A stretch of 64,000 nt of DNA from an uncultured Gammaproteobacteria bacterium (lineage in GTDB: Bacteria; Patescibacteriota; Microgenomatia; Levybacterales; UBA12049). Of this stretch, positions 29,559 through 38,844 are shown piece after piece. The translations under genes and the position numbers were made by a program. The stretch's first letter is position 1. Every line of letters starts with the position of its first letter. The stretch covers positions 11,368-75,367 of the forward strand of contig CAZWXQ010000004.1 of NCBI GenBank assembly GCA_964637955.1, given 5' to 3'. The notes below the pieces were generated by a model. It was not told the DNA's origin and searched no databases. It worked only from the letters and a program-made list of their open reading frames with translations.

Positions 29559-30744
29559 TCCAGGCTTTTTTGAGGTCTTGAAAGTTCCCGTCAATAATTG
29601 ACTGTCTTATTTTGTTTGTCAGATTTACAGTGAAATAAACATTGTGGTATGAGGCAAGAGTATAAGCAAGTAATTCATGTGCTCGGAATATATGATTTAG
29701 ATATGCGCGAGGATGAGTTTTGCAAACATAGCAATGGCAGTTGGGATCAATTGGATTCATGTCAGAAGCAAATTTGGATTTGGTGACATCGAACCTAAAT
29801 CTATTCTTCACATTTCCCTCTTTTGGACTTATAAAAACGTGTCCCATGCGACCAAGACGAGTCTGAATTACACAATCAAAAGAATCCACTCCCCGCTCTA
29901 CACCTTCAAATATATCATCAATTTCACCAATCCCAAGAAGATGCCTTGGCTTGTCTTCGTCCAACTCTTCTACTGTCCATTCTATAACCTCATAAAGATT
30001 TTTCTTGGAAGCATGTGCGCCTCCCATAGCGATAGCATCGAAATTCTCATTAACAAACTTTGCACTCTTTTTTCGAAGGTTTCCAAACTGCCCACCGTGT
30101 GTAACCCCATACATCAACTGATTCGTGCTTTTCTGAGCTTTTAGTGACCTCACAAGCCATCTTTCTGTAAGCTCCAAACTCTTTTTAGTTTCTGCTTCAG
30201 AATAAGTTGGTGATTCCAGATCATCAAAGCCAACTATCAAATCTGCGCCAATCTTTTCCTGAATTTCAATCGAGGTTTCAGGTGAAAGCATATGAGCTGA
30301 GCCGTCGATGTGAGACTGAAACTCTACTCCCTCTTCCGAAATCTTATTCAATCTGGGTTTCGCATCCTCTTCAATTAGGTTTTGGGATTTTTGATTTGGG
30401 ATTTCCTTTAGGAACTTAACTCCTGGTTTTTCCAGACCTACACCAAGTGAGAAAACCTGAAACCCGCCTGAGTCTGTAAAAGTCGGCCCATTCCAATCCA
30501 TCATCTTAGCAAGTCCTCCCATTTTTTCTACCAAATCTTCCCCAGGCTGAAGCATAAGATGATATGTGTTTCCGAGAACTACTTGAGGCCCGATCTCCCT
30601 GATTTGTGCCCCAGTCATGGATTTGAGAGTGCCTTTTGTACCAACCGGGAAAAATGCCGGCGTCAAAACATCTCCATGCGGAGTTTTTATAATTCCTGCT
30701 CTCGCCTTGCCTAGCTTTTTAACAAGTTCAAATTTCGGCTTCAT
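29551..30744 (-). CDS. tgt: queuine tRNA-ribosyltransferase
   Basis: GNTYHL, TDSGGFQVFSL, DSFDCV, CxCxxC Zn site. Confidence 0.96.
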   Translation of the reverse strand: MKPKFELVKKLGKARAGIIKTPHGDVLTPAFFPVGTKGTLKSMTGAQIREIGPQVVLGNTYHLMLQPGEDLVEKMGGLAKMMDWNGPTFTDSGGFQVFSLGVGLEKPGVKFLKEIPNQKSQNLIEEDAKPRLNKISEEGVEFQSHIDGSAHMLSPETSIEIQEKIGADLIVGFDDLESPTYSEAETKKSLELTERWLVRSLKAQKSTNQLMYGVTHGGQFGNLRKKSAKFVNENFDAIAMGGAHASKKNLYEVIEWTVEELDEDKPRHLLGIGEIDDIFEGVERGVDSFDCVIQTRLGRMGHVFISPKEGNVKNRFRFDVTKSKFASDMNPIDPNCHCYVCKTHPRAYLNHIFRAHELLAYTLASYHNVYFTVNLTNKIRQSIIDGNFQDLKKAWIK

Positions 30745-30794
30745 AGCCTATAATTATATCCTTTTATTGGATTTTATGCTAGAATACCCATCTT

Positions 30795-31694
30795 ATGGCA
30801 GGCACAAAAGAAGCTAATCAGCCAAGTATTGAGCAAAAATTTATCGGAAGAGTTTTAGTCGGAAACCCAGACGTCTTGAGCAAGTATCCTGATAGAAATG
30901 TTCATATATTACTCTCAAATGCAGATGGAGTAACCCATTCTTCTCTGGGAAATCTAGGTGATACCTTTGGAATATCACGTCAAGCTATTTCTCAAATTTA
31001 TACAAGAGGGATGAGAACCATATGGGAAACTGCACCTGATGCAGTAAAACAGGATTTTCCAGAATTAGCTAGATATGAGCCAACTAGATCGAAAAAATCA
31101 TGGAACAGAAAAAGAAGAAGGAATCTTCCCTCAGTTCAAGGCGAAGCTGAATTACCACCTCTACCACCTATATTCAGGGTTCATTTACACGAACCTGAAA
31201 CAGATGACATAAAAGAGGAACTAGTTTTAAAAGATGAGGTTGAATACCTAAGTAGAACAAATTCTGTTAAAAGAGTTAGACAGTATCTAGGAGGAGAGAC
31301 ACACTGCGCAAGTACGCTTTCAGGCGTGATTCTACCTATTGATAGCAGCAATAAATCTCATGTTGTTATCATGGCCGATGGTGATGTCTTTGTACTAGGA
31401 CATACAGATATAAATAAAGGCGACTATAATAATTTTGCTAATATAACTGAAAACTGGGGCGCAATTTATCTTCCTGCAGGAATTCCCCAACGTGAAAGCT
31501 TATTAGGATTAGCAGCCTCAAACGGAGCAAGTATGATCGCCAACAATAGACTTGAAAGAGATAAAAAGACAATTCAAGATTCAATTCAGAAAGCTTTTAG
31601 GTTTGAGGCTGAACAGAGTATTACCTCTGCTCAAATGATTAAAACTGAGTTAGCTAATCTTGTCGCATCAGAGGTCAATAGAAGACGAACTTAA
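30795..31694 (+). CDS. hypothetical protein with sigma70 region-4-like HTH
   Basis: SLGNLGDTFGISRQAISQIYTRG. Confidence 0.6.
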   Translation: MAGTKEANQPSIEQKFIGRVLVGNPDVLSKYPDRNVHILLSNADGVTHSSLGNLGDTFGISRQAISQIYTRGMRTIWETAPDAVKQDFPELARYEPTRSKKSWNRKRRRNLPSVQGEAELPPLPPIFRVHLHEPETDDIKEELVLKDEVEYLSRTNSVKRVRQYLGGETHCASTLSGVILPIDSSNKSHVVIMADGDVFVLGHTDINKGDYNNFANITENWGAIYLPAGIPQRESLLGLAASNGASMIANNRLERDKKTIQDSIQKAFRFEAEQSITSAQMIKTELANLVASEVNRRRT

Positions 31695-33043
31695 TTCTGA
31701 AGTTTTCTGACTTCTTCTTTAAACTTATTTCCGCGGTCTTTGTAGTTTTTAAACATTCCGAAAGAAGCGCATGCAGGAGAAAGCAAAACCACATCGCCTG
31801 GTAGAGCTAATTTACTTACCGCTAGAACTATTTTCTCCATACTATCTGCACCTTCAAGAATAAGAGTTTCCGGTCTTACGTTTTTAATTTGCTCTTTAAT
31901 TCTCGCCCATTCCTCCCCAATTCCTATAATCGCTTTTATTTTTTCTGACTCTCCTATCACTTGACCAAGTTCTGAAAAATCACTGTTCTTTGATGATCCA
32001 CCAAGTATCAAAATTTCTGGATTTTTAAAAGATTTTATGGCGGCAATTGCTGTTTCAGGGGTCGTAGAAAATGAGTCATTATAATATTCAATATTATTAA
32101 CTGTGGCTACCAATTCAAGCCGATGCTCTAGACCTGAAAACGTCTTTAAGACCTCTGTAATCTGCCCAACTCTAACCCCCGCGAGATATGCCGCCATAGT
32201 CGCTGCACAAGCATTTTCATGATTATGATCACCCTTTAAAAGTAATTCTCGGGTATCAATTATTGGCAAATCATTTCCTTTAGCTCTTAAAATTATTTGA
32301 TTCCCTAGCGCAAAGCATCCCTCATCCACTTCTCGCTCCCTTGAGAAATAATATACTTTCCCATCTGTTTTTATATCGCTTTCGTTACTTGCTGGGTAAT
32401 CGCGATTTATAACCGCGAAGTCATCAGGAAACTGATTATTTAAAATATTTCTCTTCGCCTCTACATATTCTTGCGTATCCTTGTGGTAATCAAGATGCTC
32501 ACTTGTAATCATAAGCATTACTGCGATGTGGGGACTTACTGTCAAATCTTGAAGCTGAAATGATGACATTTCAAGAACTACCCAAGACTGCGGAGTAAGT
32601 TTTTCAAGGAATTCAAAGGGTGCAACTCCTATGTTTCCACCTAAATAAGCATCAAAATCTGCAGCTTTAAGCATGTTATAAATTAGAGTCGAGGTCGTCC
32701 CCTTCCCTTTGGTACCTGTCACACCAATAATGTTTTTGGTGGGAGTTAAATCAAAGAAAAGTTTTGTTTGTGAAGTTATCTTTGACTCATCTTTAATCTT
32801 AAATCTTAAATCATTAATCTTAACCCCAGGAGAACGAACTATTAGATCAAAATGATCAAGTCCTTCAAGATAATCTTCACCATTCTTTTGATCTCGGATT
32901 TCTACCTCTGCTCCATGCTTTTTTAGAAACTGTGCGCTAGATTTACCTTCGATTCCTTCTCCGATAACAGCAATTTTCATGTCCTGAAAATCATGCAATG
33001 TTCGATTGGGTTTATCTTTAAAATCTTCAAAAGAATTAATCAT
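31691..33043 (-). CDS. murD: UDP-N-acetylmuramoyl-L-alanine--D-glutamate ligase
   Basis: GVTGTKGKGTT, EMSSFQL, EHLDYH, LSPACASF. Confidence 0.96.
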   Translation of the reverse strand: MINSFEDFKDKPNRTLHDFQDMKIAVIGEGIEGKSSAQFLKKHGAEVEIRDQKNGEDYLEGLDHFDLIVRSPGVKINDLRFKIKDESKITSQTKLFFDLTPTKNIIGVTGTKGKGTTSTLIYNMLKAADFDAYLGGNIGVAPFEFLEKLTPQSWVVLEMSSFQLQDLTVSPHIAVMLMITSEHLDYHKDTQEYVEAKRNILNNQFPDDFAVINRDYPASNESDIKTDGKVYYFSREREVDEGCFALGNQIILRAKGNDLPIIDTRELLLKGDHNHENACAATMAAYLAGVRVGQITEVLKTFSGLEHRLELVATVNNIEYYNDSFSTTPETAIAAIKSFKNPEILILGGSSKNSDFSELGQVIGESEKIKAIIGIGEEWARIKEQIKNVRPETLILEGADSMEKIVLAVSKLALPGDVVLLSPACASFGMFKNYKDRGNKFKEEVRKLQN

Positions 33044-33069
33044 GAGGCTAATTATACTAAATTCAAAGA

Positions 33070-34266
33070 TTAAATTCTCCTATTGGAAATAAGTCTCCAG
33101 CCTGAATTTGATTCTCCTAAACCTTTATCCTCTGTATCCGATGACAAATCTTGATCCTCTATCGGAGCAAATTGTCCCCACTTATATCCTCTATCCCCAA
33201 GTCTCTGAAGAGAATCTCTCCAGGCATAAGTTCTCACTGAAAAATTTAATGGAGCTCCAAATGTTTTATATACAATATTCTTAGCTGCATCTAAGCTTCC
33301 TTCTGGATTCACTAAAGCATCTGCCATTCTTATTCCATGTGCCTTAGGATAAATGACTACTATTTGAGGCCTCTCTTCCCCATCTTTCGGTGAATATTCC
33401 TGCGTTAACTGCTCTACTCCACGAGCAAGATACATTCTCCTAGCCTGCTCAAAATCCAAAACTAGCTTTTCAAATTTAGAAATCTGGTCCTTATTAAATA
33501 TTCCCCTTCCTAATTTTCGCTGAGCAAAAATCGAACCATCCCAAATTATTCCTGCTTCTAAAGCAAGCAAATAAGGCGCTAAGTTCATATTCTGATTCAT
33601 TCCTATTCCTCCACCCAAAAAACCTGCTGCAACCAAACTTGACCTAAATATATCTCGTACGGCCATGTATGAAGGCTTATTCGCAATATCAGCTACGGCC
33701 ACTGGCTTATTCTGTCTCTGAACAAAGTCTGCAAGATTCTTTGCAAACATCATTCGATCTTTATTATCTACAAACATAAGGTGTTCCGCATGCTTCCTCA
33801 ATGGAGACTTCTTAAGATTTCTTTCTAACTCAGGATAAAAATATTCTGCTACCACTAATTTTGTTCTATCTGACCCTATAAATTTCCCAATATAGGGATC
33901 TGGAGAATTATCTGAATGTTCGAAATCTACTGAAAGAACATCAACCCCATTCATTCTTACTCCCGTTACGCTTTCTTTAATAAACTGATCCAGGCTAGCT
34001 CTCTCAATAGAGCCTTGATACCCTGAATGTTGATCTATACTAAGATCTTTTACAGCTGAAGCTAAAATTTCATCATGAGTTAGATATCGAGGTTTTGCGG
34101 GATCATTTTCTATTACTTGAACATTCTCCGGTACAAAAGGCGTAGCTTCTAAGCCATCCATAGGATTATTTATTTGCAATGATTCTGGTGATAAATCGGC
34201 AGCCATATGATTGTGGCTGTGACGGGGTTGGAAAAACGTCAAACGTCTCTTCATCGCATCAAACAC
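33070..34266 (-). CDS. hypothetical membrane-associated protein
   Basis: 398-aa ORF; start uncertain. Confidence 0.7.
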   Translation of the reverse strand: MFDAMKRRLTFFQPRHSHNHMAADLSPESLQINNPMDGLEATPFVPENVQVIENDPAKPRYLTHDEILASAVKDLSIDQHSGYQGSIERASLDQFIKESVTGVRMNGVDVLSVDFEHSDNSPDPYIGKFIGSDRTKLVVAEYFYPELERNLKKSPLRKHAEHLMFVDNKDRMMFAKNLADFVQRQNKPVAVADIANKPSYMAVRDIFRSSLVAAGFLGGGIGMNQNMNLAPYLLALEAGIIWDGSIFAQRKLGRGIFNKDQISKFEKLVLDFEQARRMYLARGVEQLTQEYSPKDGEERPQIVVIYPKAHGIRMADALVNPEGSLDAAKNIVYKTFGAPLNFSVRTYAWRDSLQRLGDRGYKWGQFAPIEDQDLSSDTEDKGLGESNSGWRLISNRRI

Positions 34267-34285
34267 GACTTCGCCTGAGCCATTG

Positions 34286-34359
34286 TACCAGGGGTGGGAG
34301 TCGAACCCACGACCTTAGGTTTATGAATCCTATGCTCTAACCAACTGAGCTACCCTGGC
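34286..34359 (-). tRNA. tRNA with CAU anticodon, probably elongator tRNA-Met
   Basis: GCCAGGG/CCCTGGT acceptor, GCTC/GAGC D-stem, TT-CAT-AA loop, GTGGG-TTCGACT-CCCAC T-arm; A31/A39 mismatch; no encoded CCA. Confidence 0.92.
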
Positions 34360-35026
34360 GTGCTAGTCCTTCGATTAATCCTATTATTTTATAATAAATA
34401 CGTGCCGGTTTACTAACTTTAACAGACAAAGTTCCATAATGTTCATTGAAATTATCGTAAATTTTCTTACTTTTTACCTTTTTAAAACTAGTTTTCGTGA
34501 ATTGATCTAATGGAATTCCTGTCATCTCAGACCAATAATATTTAACTAACTGTTCTCTTTTACGATGGGTTTCATTAATTCCAACATAACACCTCATTTG
34601 AGAAATTGGAATTCCAAAGCACGTTTGCAACCAAATCAGGAAGAATTTTATCATTTTAGGATCAGAGTTGCAAAGTTCTATTTTGCGAGTTTTCTTGCTT
34701 CCTTCTCCCCAATACAAAGCTAAACCCGCAATTAATAACTCTCTCTCGGTCATTCCTGAAAGATATTTTAAACCATCTATTCTTGACTCTTGAATTAATT
34801 TTAATCGTCGATTTTTTTGCTCCAATGCGTTTCTTAAACGACCTAATTCTGCACCTTTAATTTTTGATTTTCTCAATTCTTCTAATTGCTCTACGGAAAG
34901 CACAATATCTCTAACCCAAATACTTACTGTGCTTTTTGAAATCTGAAGTTCAGAAGCAATTTTTTTAACGCTTAATCCATTTTTTCTTAATTTTCTAGCC
35001 TCTAATTTAAGTAATGATTTCGCCAT
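34337..35026 (-). CDS. HTH plus LAGLIDADG-like endonuclease-family protein
   Basis: N-terminal HTH (GLSVKKIASELQISKSTVSIWV); AGLALYWGEGSK..ELCNSDP resembles a single LAGLIDADG helix; last codons read through the tRNA. Confidence 0.7.
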   Translation of the reverse strand: MAKSLLKLEARKLRKNGLSVKKIASELQISKSTVSIWVRDIVLSVEQLEELRKSKIKGAELGRLRNALEQKNRRLKLIQESRIDGLKYLSGMTERELLIAGLALYWGEGSKKTRKIELCNSDPKMIKFFLIWLQTCFGIPISQMRCYVGINETHRKREQLVKYYWSEMTGIPLDQFTKTSFKKVKSKKIYDNFNEHYGTLSVKVSKPARIYYKIIGLIEGLARQGSSVG

Positions 35027-35114
35027 CGAACCTACAATATATAATAGTATTAACACTATATCTTAGGTTTTAATTATTGTCAATTAACAGTTGGGGTGCT
35101 ATAATACCTGAACG

Positions 35115-35401
35115 CGCGGGGTAGTGTACAGTGCACGTGAGGCTTAATTTAATGGGCCGTTTTGATAGTAATACCAAAAATGAACTCAGCTATTTCGGTG
35201 AACTCCTAAATTTTATTAAGGACAATACCGAGGGAAGACTCGCTTAGGCGAGAACCCGTAGAGACTACACGCTGGGCTCCTAAGCAATCAAGGATTTATA
35301 CAAAGCTTGCCAAAGGATGAAGATATAGTCCGACACTCTGAGTAATCGGAGATAACAGATAGCATAATCTCACAGGCTAGGCGCAACTCCTAGCCCCGCA
35401 A
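35115..35401 (+). tRNA. initiator tRNA-fMet(CAU) interrupted by a group I intron (exons 35115-35144, 35363-35401)
   Basis: Spliced: CGCGGGG/CCCCGCA acceptor with C1:A72 mismatch, TGAGG-CT^CAT-AA-TCTCA anticodon arm, CTAGG/CCTAG T-stem. Confidence 0.9.
35145..35362 (+). ncRNA. group I self-splicing intron, 218 nt, no ORF
   Basis: U.G splice pair in P1 (GGCT/GGCC), P3 CTCAGC/GCTGGG, R element GAGACTAC (35261), S element AAGATATAGTCC (35320), GTAA-capped P9, terminal G. Confidence 0.93.
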
Positions 35402-35408
35402 CAAATTT

Positions 35409-35437
35409 AATGGAGGCATCAAGCCTCCATTTTCTTT
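35409..35437 (+). terminator. intrinsic terminator after tRNA-fMet
   Basis: AATGGAGGC-ATCAA-GCCTCCATT followed by T-rich tract. Confidence 0.8.
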
Positions 35438-35548
35438 AATTTCAATCTTCAACTTTAATCTTATAGTTAGGTATAAAATACCCTTTATTTCCCCATTCTT
35501 AATCACTTGATTTTAGCTAAATTTTATCCTATAATAATCGCCGTGAAT

Positions 35549-36763
35549 ATGGAAAATAGATTTAGCACACCAATTCAATCAAGTAACGACAGAGGATCTT
35601 TTTATAAAGACGGCCTTGGTATAGGAAAACTTGAGGACAGTCTTGCCAATTATCAAAGAGAGCATGATTTGCGAATTGAAGGCTTAAGAGGCAGTCTTAA
35701 TCAAACAGAGGTAAACATTTTAGAAGCAACTCTAGAACAAGCAAAACAGGCTGGAATTATTACCCTACCCCCTGAATTACAAGACAAAGGTTGGTTTGAA
35801 TTATTAAAAGAAGGTCAAGGAAATGAATTCTATTACCGCTATGGATACTTAAGGCAAATTCCTGAAACCATAGCAGAACTTCGCTCAAAACAAGAACCAT
35901 TATTTTTTATGCCTCATGACTATAAAGATGTTACATTTGAAAATTTTGAGATGCGATGTGATGGACACGAAAAAGCATGGACACTCTTAACTCATTTTGG
36001 CCCAACTCCACCAAAAGGATTATATCTTTGGGGTAATTATGGAACAGGAAAAACTCACCTAATCGCTGCATTTGCACGTGGCCTCCAGGCAGAAATAACT
36101 GCAGGCACATTTGGTAGAATTGCTGATTTCGCTGGCTCTTCAATAGCACAGTACGAAGCTGCATGGAAAGAACAAATGGAACCAGCAAAGCAGGCAGAAC
36201 GAGCAGCATATGATAAATGGAGAGCAGATTCTGCTAATACATCAAAAGGCTATAAAGAATGGCAAACCAAAGAAGGTCAAGTCAAAGCTTTACAAATAGA
36301 ACTAGATCGAATTGTTCCTAGAAATCTCAGAAGAGCAAAAGATGCTTATCCTTTCCAACCCTCTGACATAGCATTTGCAACATTTGATCATCTTATGGAA
36401 CGCTCAGGGGACGAAGAATTTATGAATAAATTTCTTAGCAGAAGAATAGTTATCATAGACGATGTTCATCCAAAAGATGACAGAGCAAGGCTAGATTTTA
36501 TTCAAAGGATAGTAGAAAAACGCTACAATGAATATAGATCAGGCGCTACATTCTTCACAAGCAATCTTTCTCCTGAAAAAGTTCTGGTAGGATCAAACTA
36601 TCCCAAAGAAATAGGTGAAAGAGGCCACAGTAGACTTCGCGAAATGACAATGCCCATAGAATTTGATTCTACAGATTACAGATTAAAAATAGCAGAGCAG
36701 GCAGACGCAGACTTATTAAGACTAGTGGAACAACTTAGGCAAGATCAACCCAGAACAGAATAA
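35549..36763 (+). CDS. DnaC/IstB-like AAA+ ATPase with helical insertion
   Basis: GNYGTGKT Walker A, IVIIDD Walker B, FFTSNL, SRLREM; ATG 35549 preferred. Confidence 0.75.
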   Translation: MENRFSTPIQSSNDRGSFYKDGLGIGKLEDSLANYQREHDLRIEGLRGSLNQTEVNILEATLEQAKQAGIITLPPELQDKGWFELLKEGQGNEFYYRYGYLRQIPETIAELRSKQEPLFFMPHDYKDVTFENFEMRCDGHEKAWTLLTHFGPTPPKGLYLWGNYGTGKTHLIAAFARGLQAEITAGTFGRIADFAGSSIAQYEAAWKEQMEPAKQAERAAYDKWRADSANTSKGYKEWQTKEGQVKALQIELDRIVPRNLRRAKDAYPFQPSDIAFATFDHLMERSGDEEFMNKFLSRRIVIIDDVHPKDDRARLDFIQRIVEKRYNEYRSGATFFTSNLSPEKVLVGSNYPKEIGERGHSRLREMTMPIEFDSTDYRLKIAEQADADLLRLVEQLRQDQPRTE

Positions 36764-36764
36764 C

Positions 36765-37550
36765 TTAAATTACTTCTGAGCCCACTTCTATCCCAAGCGT
36801 ATCAGCAGCACTCTTTCCTTGAACGATTATTTCCAAAAATCTTTTATCCCCTAGGCCAGAACTTCCAATAGTAACTGCCGCTTCCCCCACTGGTACATCG
36901 CGAAGCTGTGTGTAACATTTAATTTCTCCGAACTTAGTATTAAGTATTTTCCCAGGCTCAAATCCTACATCTTCTTTAAGCAAAGTTGTTTTACAATTTC
37001 CAAAATTATCTACCCACCAGACAGCATTTGGCGCGTCTTCAACTTCATCTATTGAATACTTCTCATGAGGAACTTCGAGCCCATCCTCAATCCACTTAGC
37101 AAGACGCGGCATATAATCAAAACTTCGGAATTGTGACTTTGCAATGGTATCTCGAAGATGTGGGTCTAGATGTCCTTCTTTTATCATATGGTCAACAACA
37201 GTTGGCACGTCTGTTAGACAAATTTCTGGTGTCAAGCTGAATTTCTTTACAAGAGACAAGCATAAACCGTCGATTGTAGTAACTACCAGAGTTTTTCTAT
37301 AATAGAAGTATCCAAAAGGAGTTCCGTTTGGCCATTTTTTCTTATGTCTAGGCGCTGAATTTACTAAAAGCACGCCATTTTGACCATCTGAAGCGTCTAA
37401 AACATCAATTATGTTTCCACTAGCCTCAAGCTCTGAATAATTATTTATGGCAACTAAGCTAGGGTTTAACCCGAAGAGTGTGGAAATGCGTGTGGCCTGA
37501 CGCCCCATCGTATTTCCATCGTGGCAATCGTTAATAATAGTAACGAACAC
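36765..37550 (-). CDS. SAM hydroxide adenosyltransferase-like (DUF62) protein
   Basis: VDNFGNCKT, IGSSG..LEI, SAADTLG C-terminal domain. Confidence 0.7.
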   Translation of the reverse strand: MFVTIINDCHDGNTMGRQATRISTLFGLNPSLVAINNYSELEASGNIIDVLDASDGQNGVLLVNSAPRHKKKWPNGTPFGYFYYRKTLVVTTIDGLCLSLVKKFSLTPEICLTDVPTVVDHMIKEGHLDPHLRDTIAKSQFRSFDYMPRLAKWIEDGLEVPHEKYSIDEVEDAPNAVWWVDNFGNCKTTLLKEDVGFEPGKILNTKFGEIKCYTQLRDVPVGEAAVTIGSSGLGDKRFLEIIVQGKSAADTLGIEVGSEVI

Positions 37551-37592
37551 AAGAATAAATTATAGCTTGAAATATATTTCAATGCAATAATT

Positions 37593-37973
37593 CTATTTTC
37601 CTATAAACAAATTCACCCACTGCTGCCAGTTAGGTGTAACTACCACTACTTTTTCCTCTTTTTTCTTTATTAATTCCTCTGGGACTATTACTCCACTCTC
37701 CCCAGGCTTCACCATAAAAAGCTTATTTCGTGCTTCTTCCTCAATAAAATTTCCACTTTGGACATAAGCAAGCTGAGCCTTTAATTCCTGATTTTTTTGT
37801 TTTTCGAGGCTTAGATCTTCCTTTGCCTTTACAACCAAATCCTGCTTATTCCAAAGATCATAAATTGATCTAACAAGCCCGTTAATTATTACGATACTTA
37901 AAATAATAGTAATAAAATAAGCAACTTTTTTGACTGTTGACGTTGAGCTTAATTTTGTGATATTATAGGCCAT
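37593..37973 (-). CDS. septum formation initiator (FtsB/DivIC family)
   Basis: TM, coiled coil, FIEEEARNKLFMVKPGE; start uncertain. Confidence 0.85.
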   Translation of the reverse strand: MAYNITKLSSTSTVKKVAYFITIILSIVIINGLVRSIYDLWNKQDLVVKAKEDLSLEKQKNQELKAQLAYVQSGNFIEEEARNKLFMVKPGESGVIVPEELIKKKEEKVVVVTPNWQQWVNLFIGK

Positions 37974-37974
37974 T

Positions 37975-38835
37975 ATGAATCCGATTACATTGGCGAAGGC
38001 CAGTTCAGAGTTTAAGAATTTTCTTAAAGAAAAGGGTCATTCGACCTCAACTATTGTAGCATACGGCAAAGATATTGAGCAGCTCGTAGACTTTTTAAAC
38101 AAGGCTGGAAAACAAAATGTAGATGAAGTAACTCAACAAGACATTGAGGGATTTCTCGCGAAAATGAACGAGGAAGGATACACTCCTAAGTCAATTTCAA
38201 GAAAAATCAACTCAACAAGAACTTTCTACAGATTCCTTAAAAGTAACGGCTATGTTAAAGAAGATCCTTCCCTTCTCGTTGCACACCCAAAGTATCAACT
38301 CGCTCCACCTAGAATCCTTACTCCTACCGAATACAGAGCGCTAAGAGATGCAGCAAGAAATGATGCAAGAATGAGTGCAATCATCGAACTTCTACTTCAG
38401 ACAGGTATAAGGATCGGAGAACTTACCGCTCTAAGACTCTCAGACATCCATAAAGACTCACTTCATGTTCCAGCTATGGAAAAGCACGAAGAAAGAAGTG
38501 TACCCCTTAATAAAAGAGCTCAGGAAGCTTTAAATAAGTATCTAGAAGTGCGCCCTAAGGTAGAAGAAGATCATTTATTTATCACAAAAAGCGGAAAACC
38601 ATTCTTAATCAGAAACATCAGAACTAGTATCGAGAGATATTTTAGACTCGCTGAAATAAAAGATGCTAAAGTAAATGATCTTAGACATACATTTGTAGCC
38701 CACCACCTAAAACACGGAGCTTCAATAGTAACTCTCTCTAAAATCCTAGGACACAAGAGAATCTCAACAACTGAAAGATATCTCGAATACGTTCCAGATA
38801 GAGCTTCAGAATCCCAAGTCCTCTCAGAACTATAA
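37975..38835 (+). CDS. XerC/D-like tyrosine recombinase
   Basis: SAM-like N-domain, TGIRIGEL, DLRHTF, LGH, TERY. Confidence 0.9.
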   Translation: MNPITLAKASSEFKNFLKEKGHSTSTIVAYGKDIEQLVDFLNKAGKQNVDEVTQQDIEGFLAKMNEEGYTPKSISRKINSTRTFYRFLKSNGYVKEDPSLLVAHPKYQLAPPRILTPTEYRALRDAARNDARMSAIIELLLQTGIRIGELTALRLSDIHKDSLHVPAMEKHEERSVPLNKRAQEALNKYLEVRPKVEEDHLFITKSGKPFLIRNIRTSIERYFRLAEIKDAKVNDLRHTFVAHHLKHGASIVTLSKILGHKRISTTERYLEYVPDRASESQVLSEL

Positions 38836-38844
38836 ACTTTATTC

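Noticed and set aside
34286-34359. CAU tRNA as lysidine-type tRNA-Ile2
   Set aside because: Cannot be excluded, but a UAU Ile tRNA and a separate initiator are nearby, so elongator Met is simpler
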